Position numbers and translations under genes: made by a program. DNA of 64,000 nt from Tubiluchus corallicola (Eukaryota > Animalia > Priapulida): the NCBI GenBank assembly GCA_030141605.1, contig JAQGDQ010000303.1, positions 218,858-282,857 on the forward strand, given 5' to 3'. Of the stretch, positions 1-13,602 are shown piece after piece. Under the pieces are notes generated by a model. It ran no database searches. It saw only the letters and a list, made by a program, of their open reading frames with translations, and was not told where the DNA came from. Position 1 is the first letter of the stretch, and every line of letters begins with the position of its first letter.

Positions 1-43
1 CAGTAATTATTAGTAAATCATCTAACCCACTCAACTGCCTTAA

Positions 44-726
44 AGCACAAGAAAACCCTTCATAAACATAAAGCTTAAAAAATTCGTTTTGAAATTTTAT
101 ATCACTTACGTACTGCCTTTTTGCGTGCAGGACTTCAATCGGCAGTCACGCTGTATAAAATAGTGTAAATTTAACTCCCGCGATGACCGTTAGACGCAGC
201 CATTTTCACGACAGGTCATTTGAAACAAGTTTAGGTAACATTTTGTAAAGTTTGAAAAAATAGGCAGAGCATGCGTAGCGCTCAAGTCACTAACTAAATA
301 AAATTTTAAAATACTGTATATTGTGAATAAGATTAAAAATGAGTGTTTTGGTTAGTAAGTGGTGCACCCTGGATGGTGAGTCAGCGACATTTTACCAATT
401 GGTGAAAAATTTTAAATAATTAATAATTTTCTTTTCTAGTTACATAAGTCTTTCTAGTAGGTAAGCGAAAATCTAAGTAATATAGATTTGCACGGAAAGT
501 CTTTTGAGACATAATTTAACATTGCCTTTTCTTCCCTTGATTTACGTTTGGTACATGACGTCATGTAATGGCGACTTCGGGACAATATTGCGGGAGATTT
601 AAAATGAAAACAAACTAAAATTCCTTTCAACGCGAGTACGATATACGCATAAAATTGCTATAAAGTAATATAATTTTTTAAGGCGATTTTTCTGAAACCT
701 ACTTCAGGTACCCCTTTTCTTGTCCT
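44..726. mobile_element. Non-autonomous TTAA-flanked DNA transposon (Kolobok-like)
   Basis: TTAA|AGCACAAGAAAA ... TTTTCTTGTCCT|TTAA (TIR 11/12). The right ~255 bp recur at 54862-55116. Confidence 0.75.
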
Positions 727-1110
727 TTAACACAATTACCGGTTTTACTATGTACAATGTCGAGAACGTACAATATACAGAAAGTTTTAAGAACGATCAA
801 CAAACCTCGAATGTGATGAGACTGAAAGAAGGATTCGGCAAGATACGTTAAACTAAAGAGATAATTCATAGATATAATTCTGGACAAAGAGAAGACGGAA
901 TGAAAGGCCGAAAGGATCAGAAAATAGGAAACACTATTGAGTGTGAAATATCTAATTGTTTTCAAAACAAAAGATATCTGGGAATGAAACTGCGAAAACA
1001 AACCTTTAATATGACGATGCCACATCAAATAGAAATATTTTTAATGACAAAATGGTAATGAACATGTTGGTAATCCTAGCACTCTGTATAATTAAAAAGT
1101 GAGTACTTAC

Positions 1111-1168
1111 TACTAGTGTCCTGTTTGGGTTGACTGCTAGGAGACGTCGCCCAGTTCACCTTCATTTC
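1111..1168 (-). CDS. TIA1/TIAL1: Internal coding exon of TIA-1/TIAR (Rox8) family RNA-binding protein: end of RRM1 and RRM1-RRM2 linker
   Basis: Minus strand reads ...ttttgattttcAG|GAA ATG AAG GTG AAC TGG GCG ACG TCT CCT AGC AGT CAA CCC AAA CAG GAC ACT AGT A|GTaagt = EMKVNWATSPSSQPKQDTS. This matches the family motif EVKVNWATTPSSQKKDTS (human) / EIKVNWATSPGNQPKTDIS (fly Rox8), recalled from memory. Strong acceptor and donor, phase 0 in and phase 1 out. Confidence 0.93.
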
Positions 1169-3283
1169 CTGAAAATCAAAAAAAACAAATCAAAAATTGG
1201 CAATCTTGAATGTAATTACAGCGAATACAACTCTGCTAAACACAGCAGAGCGGGAAAACAAAATAACAGACAAGCTGGACAATGAAGAAACAGACAGGTA
1301 AAGTTTGTTTGGTACAGTTCAAGATCAGAGACCTAGGTAAATTCCTGTTAAGTGCAATGAAATTTAGCATAAAATTTCCTTAGATAAATTCGTTGGGATT
1401 TCCTCTAGCACAAGAGGAAGAAGGATTTGCAGAAAATGTACAAAATTAGGTACATTTAAACGAATGTTAAGTGCCGGAGTTAAGCTCGAGATATGCAATG
1501 TAGTTGTACCATTGTAATTAGCAAAAAGGACTTACCTTTCAGCATGCTACTGTTTACGGTACATCGAACAACACAGATAGGCAGTAAGAACAACTTACAA
1601 ACTCAGTTTTCAGTGCTCTACATTCAGCTTACTTTAAGCAAAAGTAAAATTTCCCAAGAACCCCCAAATTTTTGGAGCTTCGAATGACACAATCCTCTTT
1701 GGTTTTATTGACAACAACGTTGGACTTTTTTCACAAAAATTCGATGTGGGGACCCATAAGCTTATTAAAGAGTAACAACAATGTAAACGGAAGGTTTAAT
1801 TATTAAAACTGCTCAATTTAAAATCGACCAAAATAAACCTTGCAAAAGTAATTTTCACTAGCCAAAATTGAGTGTCCACAGTTAAGCATCATTAGATCTA
1901 CAGGAGAAAAGTGGTAAGCATTCCTACACAACAAAAGGAATGCAGCGAGTACATACGAAATGTATGTAATTATTTCTATAATACGTTAAATTATCATATT
2001 ACGACGTATAATACGAACATTCAATGCATTACAATTTTCACTACATTAAGGTTGTATGAGCTGGTAATAAACAATTATCATTATTGCAGTAGATTATTTG
2101 TCAGAGTAGAAATTATAGTAAAAAACTTAGTTTAGAAATCACAATGTGTTTTTAATTTTGCAGTACTTTGCTAAATATTGACTAATAAAATTCCAAGCTC
2201 CCCATTTTAAACTTTCAGAATTCTTCACAATAACTACTGTCGTTGAATCATTACCATTAAACTGTAACAAATTTATAAGCTTAGCTGACTGAATTGATTT
2301 TTTCTCTTAACCAAAATTTATTTCACCCGTTGCTTCATTTACAAATTTAGATTAATTTCTGGCGCATATTAAATGTTTATCAACAACAATTTAGTTTAGC
2401 TGATTTTTTTTTGGATTCTTTTCTGCCAAGAAAGAAGTCAAATTTAACCAAATGACTGACTTTGATTCAGCTTCAAGATTTACCAGCTTCTATACGTTGT
2501 TGCAAAACTATTCAAAGTTCTAGTCAGAGAACAAATACAGGCAAATTTAACTGGGTAGAAGTCCCATAAACAACGAACCCAGCAGAAGTCAATCCAAGCC
2601 AAGGAAGGATATCATCATTGCATCAAGGCTGTGATTAATCTTGGTAATGTTTAGCCTATTGTTTTACTAGCAAATCTTTCACTCACTTAATTAATCGCAC
2701 AGAAGCCTAATTGATGGCCTTCTACTGCCCGGAGAAGCAATACTTGAAGCCAGCCTAGCCTTCCATGAAACAGTGAAGTGTGCAGAACGCTGGTAGTTTC
2801 CCATAAAATTAGGATGGAGTTGTTTTACGACAAGAGGAAGAGCAATTGCATCTCTACAGGAAGAGCAATTGCATCTCTACACGGCCTCTGTATTTACCCA
2901 ATAAACAAGCTTAAACGACTCATTAATTCTTCAAGTAGCCATAAATGGCAATATTAATTGAGAGGAGACAAGAAAGCTGAGAAGAATACGAAATGTCCTC
3001 AGGCTTATCAAATGAAACCCCACACTGCAATAAGAAACTTTGCACATGTAATACGAAGCCATGCATTTGTTTCGTGCAGCCGTCGCCAGGCTGCTCAAAT
3101 TCGCCTATTAAGTTTAATCAAATTTGATTAGCAACAATTGTTGAAAATGTTTGACTTGAATTATTAAATTATTAATTTTGCACGTGTAAGCAGGCGAATG
3201 TCAATAATACTGATTAAATTGGGATAGGATTAACGCGAATGAAGCCTTAAAACGGCCCCAATTTTTATCAGGGCACCTCCTAA

Positions 3284-3824
3284 TATTGGCTTTGCATGTC
3301 AAATTTAGACCTACGTTAACTCAAATGTAGATTTAGGTAATTCAAATGTGTCTCGGTAACTCAAATGTACACTTAGGTAGTTCAAATGTGTTAACAATGG
3401 TTTTCAACAAATCTTAAGCGCTTTTGGTAAGTCAAATGTGACATTGGTATCTCAAATGTGGATAGGTGGTAAAGCTTAAGGATGTTAAATTTAATCTCTT
3501 TTAATTTCAATTTAATAATTGCTACTAAGTTAAAATAACAACGTTATAGACCTACTAATAGATGCATGATCTTTGGTTTATCTTTTTCTAATTTGCACTT
3601 AAATAAGTTAATTACCAATTTATTCAATGTAATGCATCTACATTTGACTTACCTAAGTCACATTTGAGTTACCAAAACACATTCGAAATTCCTATGTCTA
3701 CATTTGACTTACCTAAGTCACATTTGAGTTACCAAAACACATTCGAAATTCCTATGTCTACATTTGACTTACCTAAGTCACATTTGAACTTTCCTGTATC
3801 TACATTTGACGTGTAAAACCTGTA
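3284..3824. mobile_element. Foldback MITE with ~20-bp subterminal repeats (TCAAATGT / ACATTTGA)
   Basis: Left arm has TCAAATGT repeats. Right arm has ACATTTGA repeats, including a 60-bp tandem. An inverted copy lies at 31866-32485. Confidence 0.75.
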
Positions 3825-5554
3825 TTGGCTTTGCATTTTTTTGATACACTGGTACATGTTACTGGGAAGTTGTAAGACTATTCCGGTTTTAACACTCTCT
3901 TACAAAAACTTAGGAGGCAATAATCTTTTGTCCTTTATTTTAGAGAACTATAGCGTGCCTCGGGGCTTGCAACACTAGAGTTGGTCTAGTTGCTTATAAA
4001 ATAATTAGTTTTCGATGCATTTTTATTTTATTTAATCAAGAAAAATGCAACATTTGCTTTATAATGTTTCTCTTCTATGCTTGGGTGATTTGTATTTACA
4101 TTAGTAATGACATTTGCTCCTTATACTCCACAGTTGTGCAATGGCATTACAGGAAAATGCAGCAAGCTTCCCGCTGTTTGATTTTTAAAAGACATGGACA
4201 AACCTGTAGATGCTTGACAAGACAACATACATGTCTGAAAAACTACCATCATCCTAACTAACATGAACTCAGCAAATAGCCCACGTGCTACACCAGCACA
4301 CTGAAAGGTCGTCTGACCCTCACCGTAGAACAGTAACTAATAACCAGAAATTGATGCTCCCCAAAGAGAGGAGGATAGATTGACCAAATTGCAGTTATTA
4401 CATTCGGGAGTAACATGCCATCAACAAGCAATTATTAATTTATACCTTTGGTCCCAAATGTAACAAGAACAATTATTACACTAAAGCATTGTTCAGAATA
4501 GAGTGATGAGTACAGGCGACCACAATAAATTGTGTAAAACAATTTCAATGCAAACTCTCAGGCAGCAGTCAAGTAAAAACATGTGGACTTTTTCATTCAA
4601 ATCACTAATTAATGCTGATAAACTTCTACTACATTACCAACTCCTCTCAAGAACACGTGAAAAGAAAAGATTTGCGTTTTCCTAACTGTATGCTAGACTA
4701 AATTACATTTATTTGTTTATCCATTTCCAAACAAGGTTACAATATACAAAATATTACAATTGCAACATTAACACTGCATTGCAGTGCCATGAAATTAACT
4801 TATAAGCTACATACTATTAACGTATAAATTACGCTATTCAAAAAGGAAAGCTATTTTAAGTAACAGACTACAATCAGTTAAACTCACAGCTAAAAACAAC
4901 AGAAATCTATTTAAGAGAGACAAACCTTTCATGAACGTAACAATAAATTTGGCCACGTTTCTTTGTACAAATGTACATCTTTGTTACAAATGTACATCAG
5001 CAGCAAAAGTGTAAAATGTATGCTCTTCACAATGGGGTAGGATATGAAAAATCATGCTGTTCTCTTTGATTAGCACTGCTGGACTTGTCTGACTTAACAG
5101 AGCATAGAAATGTTCGAGTTCATTTAGTTACTACTAAACAGACTGCCATTCTAAACACTTTTAAATAGCTACTGTATTCTCTAGACGATACGGTTGGTGA
5201 AAACTTTAATGCATTCACATGCAACATTTAATATCTTGTGACTTTTTCATTCCATTAATAGCTTGTCTATTGTTAATGGACGCATTACGCTATTCACATT
5301 TAAACGGCAATCAGACAATGGCGTTGCTCCAAAGAATTCATCCATCCTGACAACAGTTAAAGCTGATCAGGAGACAGACCATCATAAACAGCCTAACTTG
5401 ACGACTTTTCTACTTTCAAATTTAAGTGACTGGATTTTTGCACCAAAAAATATTAAAAACTGGTAAAAAAAATTATATTAGCTTTGCTGTGATTCAAACT
5501 CATACGCTTTGGTTCAACACGACAGTTAATTGGGTACATAGAATCACACATCAC

Positions 5555-5671
5555 CAGGGCCTATTTCAGCATAAAGCAAAAAAAAATAACGTTACCTCAG
5601 CGCGAGGCCCTCCCGGAGGGTGAGGCCCCGTGGAAGTATCCCCCCCAGCCCACCCCATGAAATAGGCCCTG
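5555..5671 (+). mobile_element. hAT-type MITE family A, internally deleted 117-bp copy
   Basis: TIR CAGGGCCTATTTCA/TGAAATAGGCCCTG with a perfect 8-bp TSD CACATCAC. Confidence 0.9.
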
Positions 5672-7113
5672 CACATCACACAGCTTCACACACAACAGAG
5701 TTCAGTGTCAAGTTTGGTCAAATAGCACTATACTACACTGCTATTGCCATTCCTACTGCATGATCAAATGGTACATTTCCAGATAAAATTCAACACTCAA
5801 ACGGTTACGGTATAATTTTGAAAATGTACATAATTTTGCTAATCTTTTGCCTGCTACTATAATCCTTACCCAAATTAGCTATGCGAGTGGAAATGGGAGC
5901 ATGTTAAAGAATCTATTTGCCTCTCAAACACGCCAGGGACAGTAAAAACACGTGCAACTCATCAATGCTATTGTGCAGACGTGAAAAGACGAATTTCATG
6001 CATTCTTTGTTGTTAAAGAAACAGCTGTTATATGGCAAATATTTGCGGACAAATTAATTTTCAGCCAACAACAAAAGCAGACAATATTTGGTAGCAGGTG
6101 TTAGACCAACAAGCTTAATTGTGTCAGAGCCATTTAATAACTACTTCCAATTTGCTAGCCTACCCATATCACTAAACAGCACTTCAAGCAACCACTGTAG
6201 TTTTTAACAGAAATAAATTACAAACCAGAATAAAGCAAATATATATAAGTGAAAAAAATAATTCATAAACAACGGCATACGCACACGCATGAGAGAAAGA
6301 ATAAGTGAGTGAACAACCAAACAAACGAACAAAGAAGTGGTATATGATAGATGTACTTAATTCTAGTTTCTACCAAAATTTACAGAAATATTCTGCTTCG
6401 ATGTAGGAAAAATTTTAAGTATATTCGACTGACTAGTACGCACAGAATTTTATTTATGTCAAAGTTATCACTTCTAGTTTGAAATAACGCAAACTAAAAA
6501 TGGCAAGCAAGTAAGTAAATTAACATGAAGGTTTAGAAAAGATTTATTTAACTGTCCAAGCTGCACCTGAAATCAACATAGAATTACTGGTTTTTAGCCA
6601 AATACCACCAATACATCTGATGTCAATCCATGGTTTGTACATCATTCTGTTCAAGTTGTTGCAAAGAAAGCACCACAATTTTCAACAAAAGCGTAAAAAT
6701 GGAAAGTGGTGTCTGTCCTATCCAGTTGAAATTCTGCATGGTCCTCAGTGGTTCCTTTGCTCTTTCGGACTTTCGGACCACGAATCCTTCATGAGCTCAT
6801 GACTTTATCATTGCAGCTTATGTACCAAAGTTTATTAATTACGCACACAACAGACAGGGGCACTTCCAGGAAATGAAAAATTGCCGGGAATTGTTTCAAG
6901 AAATCATCTAAAAGAAGATTCCGCTTCCAAACTTGTGTCCAAGGTATAGTTTAGTCAAGACAGAAATAAGCAATATTCACACATAAAACGTAACACTCAT
7001 TCAGGACCAAGCTATCAGATTTAGGTGACAAATTCTACTATGACAAGATGTCAGTTAGATATTAAGAAACAAATGCACACTTGACACTTTTACTGTGTCA
7101 CACTATTAGCAAC

Positions 7114-7505
7114 TAGGGGTGAGCATCGAACGCTCGAATTTGATTCGAACGAGTTTTTTTAGTTCGAACTCGATTCGAATCCAAAACTATAGATTCGAAT
7201 TATTCAGCACTTCAATCACATGTGTTCTTTATCACTAAAACGATTGAAACATCATGCAATTAGCATAATTTAGCTGTGACTTCTGCACACAGTTTTAAAG
7301 AAATTACTAGTCATTTTACTCCAGAACAAAATCTATGTGCATGATCTTTGTAAGACTAATTTTTGCTGGTGGTTCAAAAACTTCTTCGAAAATCGTTCAA
7401 TCTCAATTCGAATTCGAAACACTGAAGTTCGGTTCGATTCGAATCCGAAAGTCACAAATTCGGTTCGATTCGAATTCGCTTTCTGGTAGAGAATGCTCAC
7501 CCCTA
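7114..7505. mobile_element. hAT-type MITE with TTCGAA subterminal repeats
   Basis: TIR TAGGGGTGAGCAT/ATGCTCACCCCTA, TSD TTAGCAAC/CTAGCAAC. Confidence 0.88.
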
Positions 7506-8197
7506 CTAGCAACACAACCGTGTCTGCACCGTGTTTACAGAATGCTCACCCCTACTAGCAACACAACCGTGTCTGCACCGTGTCTACATAATCTCTACGT
7601 CTCTGTCCTCAAGCAAATCTTAATGCACAACTGCAAACTAAGCAGCTGATAAAAAGTGCAACCTTCAAAATGCAACAGGAAGAACATAATTTTTTTTTAA
7701 AAAACTGTAAGCAGGTACTGAAAGCTCGTTCGCAATGAACAGAATACTTCAAAATGTAAGTCTTTTGAGGCGTGAATTAGACAACATCTCAGAGGAAAGC
7801 CACCGAAAGCCTTACGTTCCAAATTACCAACTTTCACCATTTATTAACCACAGAAACATTCTAGTTAATGAATTCTTCCCAAATAGATGAAATTTATTGC
7901 TCCCCTGGGTGTAATATGCCCATATCGCATTAGGTGAACGCATATCATTAATTTCCTTTAATAACAGTCAACAATTATTAATGACCTATCGCTAAGCGTA
8001 TCACCTTGGACGTGTTTCTGTGACATGTCACCATTCCGTTCCAATGTAACACAGGGCAACCTACGTGTGTAAGCCATTTTTTAAAAAAAAAATGGTAAGC
8101 TGTTGCATTTTGTATATGTAAAAATATCTAATACTTTGTGTTGATAGTAGTGTTGTTTTTATATATTTTTTTGCAAACTACAAGCGAATCGTTTAGA

Positions 8198-8745
8198 AGA
8201 TGAAAAATAATCATAGTTAGACTTTCCCAATTAACACCTAATGCTTTACGTTTATAGCATTGTCGTTTGGGAGATGAAAAATAATCATAATCAGACTTTA
8301 CCAATTAACACCTAATGCTTTACGTTTATAGCAGTGTCGTTTGGGAGATGAAAAATAATCATAATCAGACTTTACCAATTAACACCTAATGCTTTACGTT
8401 TATAGCATTGTCGTTTGGGAGATGAAAAATAATCATAATCAGACTTTACCAATTAACACCTAATGCTTTACGTTTATAGCATTGGCGTTTGGGAGATGAA
8501 AAATAATCATAATCAGACTTTACCAATTAACACCTAATGCTTTACGTTTATAGCATTGTCGTTTGGGAGATGAAAAATAATCATAATCAGACTTTCCCAA
8601 TTAACACCTAATGCTTTACATTTATAGCATTGTCGTTTGGGAGATGAAAAATAATCATAGTTAGACTTTCCCAATTAACACCTAATGCTTTACGTTTATA
8701 GCATTGTCGTTTGGGAGATGAAAAATAGTCATAATCAGACTTTCG
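8198..8745. repeat. 74-bp minisatellite, ~7.4 copies
   Basis: Unit AGATGAAAAATAATCATAATCAGACTTTACCAATTAACACCTAATGCTTTACGTTTATAGCATTGTCGTTTGGG. Confidence 0.97.
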
Positions 8746-8954
8746 CAAATTCTCCAGCAAATCTTATCAAGAAATGCTAATTTAAATACAAAATTGAAAT
8801 GCAATCACTCAGGTGAGACGTCATTCAAGGACAATGACCCCCCCCCACACACACACACAAAACTTTTCAATTTTTTTATTTTGTAACTCTTCAAATTTGA
8901 TTGAATGCTAATCTAGCAATGCTGAAATGCATTCTGATAGCTGACTGGACAATG

Positions 8955-9580
8955 TACATTAATCATGATGCATACATTTCTAAATGGGCATTGTTTGCCA
9001 ATACAAATCATTAGCAGGTACTTCAATGGCCATAACATACGACTTTTAATCAGTAGAACTTATAATGACATCAATGATGAATTAAAAACTGTTCAGCCAA
9101 TTCAAAAATTTAAAAAGAAATACAGAGCAATGATTCTCAACAAGTACAACACTTCCTAATTTCCTACACCTACTGCAGCAGTCGTACCACAATCCTGGTA
9201 CAGATTATGCAAAACAAGGCATCATTGATAAACCTTTAGAGCTGATGTCAACATAGCACAATCTATTATCTTTCTTCCTACCATTTCCACTAACACATCC
9301 TTCTACCCTTCCCGTGTGATCTAACCTTTCTCCAAGTTCTTTTTTTGTTCACTCATCCATTCTTTTTTACCATGTGAGTGGTATAAACCCACTCACATGA
9401 CAGTGGGTTTATACAAGCCTTTGCTTCTCTAGCCACACTGCAGTACAATTATTCTTTTATGATAATGATAGTGTATGAAACATAACAATTTAATACAGTA
9501 TGACGTAATAATTTTGATGTCACTGTGTGCTTAATGTCATAATATTGTACTGAATGTGATAATAATAATAAATAAATAAT
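8955..9580 (+). mobile_element. 3' end of an L2/CR1-group LINE (ORF2 C-terminus, 3' UTR, (TAA)n tail)
   Basis: NDINDELKTVQPIQKFKKKYRAMILNKY fits the WNxL...FKKxL ORF2 tail motif. Near-identical to 24261-24755 and ends in AATAATAATAAATAAATAA. Confidence 0.75.
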
Positions 9581-11834
9581 TGAGATCAAACTACATGGCC
9601 TAATTCTCTTCTTAAACATGTTAAACATTTTTCTGGTTGTTCAAGGCTCTGCAGCACATTATAAGGTGCATGAGCAAACTAAGTCTGGCAATTTGTTCCA
9701 ATTTGTTCATACTCCAAGTGATAAGAAAATTTTTTACGGCAATTCCTTAAATTCACTGTAAATTATTGTGAAATACTTCATACCATATAATCAAAAAGGT
9801 TAACGGGTTTCAAAAGGACCTTGACAATTTGTCTTTTCGACTTTTCAAAAATTTTTGCTTCTGAAAGTCAGGTGCCTCAACCACAAATAAAGGTAATTCT
9901 TGCCTTGTGAAAAAGATTTAGATTCATTAAATGTTCATCCATTACTGGCAGCCATTCGATTCTGAATGAATGGCACAAAGCCTATGTCTCACTATCATTA
10001 AAATGTACCAATGAAACATACAAAAGACTGATGCCAAAATTAACCTACATTCACTGTATACAACAATTGTTTTGAGTCTCTAACCAAAACCGTTCTTATT
10101 AATTAATTTTTGTCTTTTTCACGTACATTGTACAAATTAATCAATAGCAATTATTTATTCAGTAATTGTGTCTTATAATAAATACAACTCTTGCCTTCTG
10201 ACTAAAGCCGTAACTGGACAGAAAATTAATGTTAGCAAGCAGTGTAACTGTGACATTTTTCTCAGCTGACTGAAAAACCAAAAAAAAAGCCATGTCTGTC
10301 TGCGACCAATTAAATCAGGTATAATATTTTTTCTCAACTTATTGTTAGCAGGATGACATAAATATGTCCCTATGGAACGTGGCCGACATTAGCGCAAGGA
10401 CGATTTCGCATTCTGGGCAGGTGCTTTGGTAATTCTTCCCAGGATGGTTAATAGTTTTGACTTAGCTAGCTGCAGTCTCGCCACTCAGAAATAACAAACG
10501 AATAGCATGCCACCAGGGACGCTGCAGTAGGCGAAGAATTTAAAGCAATTTTAGAGGATGAGCGTGTTGGAGGTTTTTTCTTGGAATGTCAAGCGTCTTG
10601 AGTCATTCTAAATTAATTAGCTTGGCAGCAAAGTTACCTTGGGATTCACAATTTCTTCTATTTTGCCATAATTCTGCCACTATTTAAAAATTTATCAATT
10701 ATGGCTGTATATATGGTATTCCAAACTCATCCCATATGGTCATTTTTGAAAACGACAATAGCTTTAGCTGTAACTTTCTAATACGATCTGTTTAGAGCAT
10801 TAAATGTTTGCTATCCAAACAAACATTACAATAGCGTTCTACCATCGACTTGAAGTCAAAGTCCAAATTTTTCCTGTTGACTGATTAAGGAGAAGGAAAA
10901 GAAGAAAAAAAGAGAAGATCATGTTCACCATACAAGAAAACGCATAATAGTGACTTTTAAGAAGAGAGTGGATATTCGATATGGAAAAAAACTGGTATGG
11001 AAGCATTGAGTACATCCTGCAAAATATTAAAAGTGATACAACACCATGGTGGCATGATGCTCACAGTAAACTATACGTTTGCATTGAGGATTTCTTCAAA
11101 TGTTAATGTAAAGTGCAGACAAAATTTGCAAGAATAATTTTGCTTGAATAGGAATACTATCACTTGCTTGATTCTAGTTTAAGCAAGTATGAATTTTCAG
11201 TATCATTTGAAAAGTTCGTCAACTCATACAAGTCAAGGTGTTTTTGCTAATATTGAATATAATCATATTAACACAATATGCAATTCAATATAATACCAGT
11301 TGGACCAATAATGTTTCTTAATTCAACACGGACTTTCATACGAAATCAATGGATTAACAATACTACTGCGTACGCTGTAATTTAAGTTTATTTTAATACA
11401 AAATTTTCAAGGATAATTTTTTTAATTGAATTATTCTTCTTATTCATAGGAAAACTATAAGATAAACTTCTCACCAGAACGTATCATTTATACATAAAAA
11501 TACAAATCAGACAAAATGAAATTGTTTAATACACAGTTCAATCTGAAAAAGTGAAATTACGAAGCTCCCAAAACTAAAACAAATATCATATCTTTGTTGA
11601 GTATTATTGGTACGAATTGCAATAATTACAACAAGACCAATAACTAAGATGTAAAGATCTTTATTTAAGTCTGCAAAGATGGAGAGATATCAGTAGTGCA
11701 TCAAGTTTGAAATTTCAATTTCATTAATACAATAATCCACGTAATATAATTATTTTGGCTCCTGTATTTATGCCATTTCTTCAATTTGCACAGAACTGTA
11801 AACAAGCCTAAACTAGAGTTCCAGTGTTTAAAAC

Positions 11835-12417
11835 GTTTTCTTTGTTTTTTATATAAATGCTCGATCTAATCTCTGTTTGATTTTGATACCGAGACAAAAT
11901 TTTGACATTTTGTTCAAGTTTTCTTTGTTTTTTATATAAATACTCGATCTAATCTCATTTTGATTTTGATACCGAGACAAAATTTTGACATTTTGTTCAA
12001 GTTTTCTTTGTTTTTTATATAAATACTCGATCTAATCTCTTTTTGATTTTGATACCGAGACAAAATTTTGACATTTTGTTCAAGTTTTCTTTGTTTTTTA
12101 TATAAATACTCGATCTAATCTCATTTTGATTTTGATACCGAGACAAAATTTTGACATTTTGTTCAAGTTTTCTTTGTTTTTTATATAAATACTCGATCTA
12201 ATCTCATTTTGATTTTGATACCGAGACAAAATTTTGACATTTTGTTCAAGTTTTCTTTGTTTTTTATATAAATACTCGATCTAATCTCTTTTTGATTTTG
12301 ACACTGAGACAAAATTTTGACATTTCGTTCAAGTTTTCTTTGTTTTTTATATAAATACTCGATCTAATCTCTTTTTGATTTTGATACCGAGACAAAATTT
12401 TGACATTTTGTTCAAGT
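11835..12417. repeat. 83-bp minisatellite, 7 copies
   Basis: Units start GTTTTCTTTG at 11835, 11918, 12001, 12084 and so on. Confidence 0.97.
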
Positions 12418-12503
12418 AAGTTTTATAAAAAAAGAAGAATAACGGCACCTGAACCTTTAACCACCTGAAAGCAATCCTCAAGTAGCAATTCAAGCAAGCT
12501 CAC

Positions 12504-12532
12504 CAGCCGACTGAAGAAGTCGAAGAACTTTT
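12504..12532 (-). other. Candidate 29-nt cassette exon
   Basis: tttttgtgggtttttcAG|AAAAGTTCTTCGACTTCTTCAGTCGGCTG|GTGAGc. Good acceptor and donor, open in all three frames, length not a multiple of 3. Confidence 0.3.
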
Positions 12533-13602
12533 CTGAAAAACCCACAAAAAATTATCCGCCTTGTTTCTGTGAGAACAAATGATTCTTCCAGTTACAATAA
12601 CCAATATTCATGTTCACTACACGAGCAAACCTTTACATACTTAGTTACATTGTACCTTTTAAATGAACTTAACAATTTCAATAAGAAAAATCACGTTACA
12701 ACTTATGATATCGAGTAAAGCGAAGTCATCGGTAGCCACACAACAAAAATGTAACACTACTGCATTTGATGCATAAAATAATGTGGTAAAAATACAACCT
12801 ATGGCACATGATCAACTGGAAAATGCGTGTAAAAAAGCAAAGAATAACCTGTGATGTGGTCCGTCGACGATTTGCAAATCATTTGTGGCTGTTTTCCCAC
12901 ATTTAAATAAGCAAAATTCTAAACCTGTAAGTTACGGAAGCAACTGTGACAACAACCTGGATGCAGTTAGATTAGGATGATGACGGGGAAGCACTAGAGA
13001 TTCCAGCATTTCAATTACTCTGAATTTTTACACTAGTCAGGCGTGAAGAAGAAGCAAAATTGTGTACCTTTCTGGGTGACAAATAAAGTCCGAAAATCAT
13101 AAGCCTACACACAAGCATAGGCAGTGCAAAGTATTTTCCACGAACTGCAACATTAAGCATCTGGTAAAAGTATGAAAAAAGGGGTTACCATCCACAAGGT
13201 TCCTTGAAAAACAGGAGCAGTAGGGTGGCGGCAGCTTCCGATAATGATGCGAACGTAGAGATGAATAATTATCAGTATGAAAAATATATACCACCTGATG
13301 CAATCCATACTTGGCAACATTTAAACTTTCCATGTTATGATAAAAAATAAATAAACCTGTTTTTCAATGCAGCACAGACCAGTCTTTGACCTGAAAGGAA
13401 TGAACTCGTCATCAAAAGTAGATGTAAATATCACCTGTGATCAACACCTGCTAACGTCCTTCTCTGACTGGAACATAAAACCCACGTATTACATAAAACA
13501 ATTTACCATTTTCATCCGCATTGTTGGTAGTCAAATGGGAAGTATCATGATTTTTAGGCGGGACATTATATATTACACGATTATAATGAATTAAGTGGTT
13601 AC

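Noticed and set aside
110-150. Apparent 41-nt minus-strand exon (ttttatacAG ... TAC|GTAAGT) downstream of the TIA exon, which would add an immediate stop (ACG TGA)
   Set aside because: It lies inside the TTAA-flanked transposon 44-726 and has no TIA homology. It is probably a cryptic signal, although exonisation as a poison exon cannot be excluded.
1536-1549. Strong donor AAG|GTAAGT 370 bp upstream of the TIA exon
   Set aside because: No convincing acceptor and no RRM1-like translation in any frame.
10600-10800. Possible decayed transposase fragment (minus strand, TIWDEFGIPYIQP)
   Set aside because: Too short and stop-ridden to assign without a profile search.
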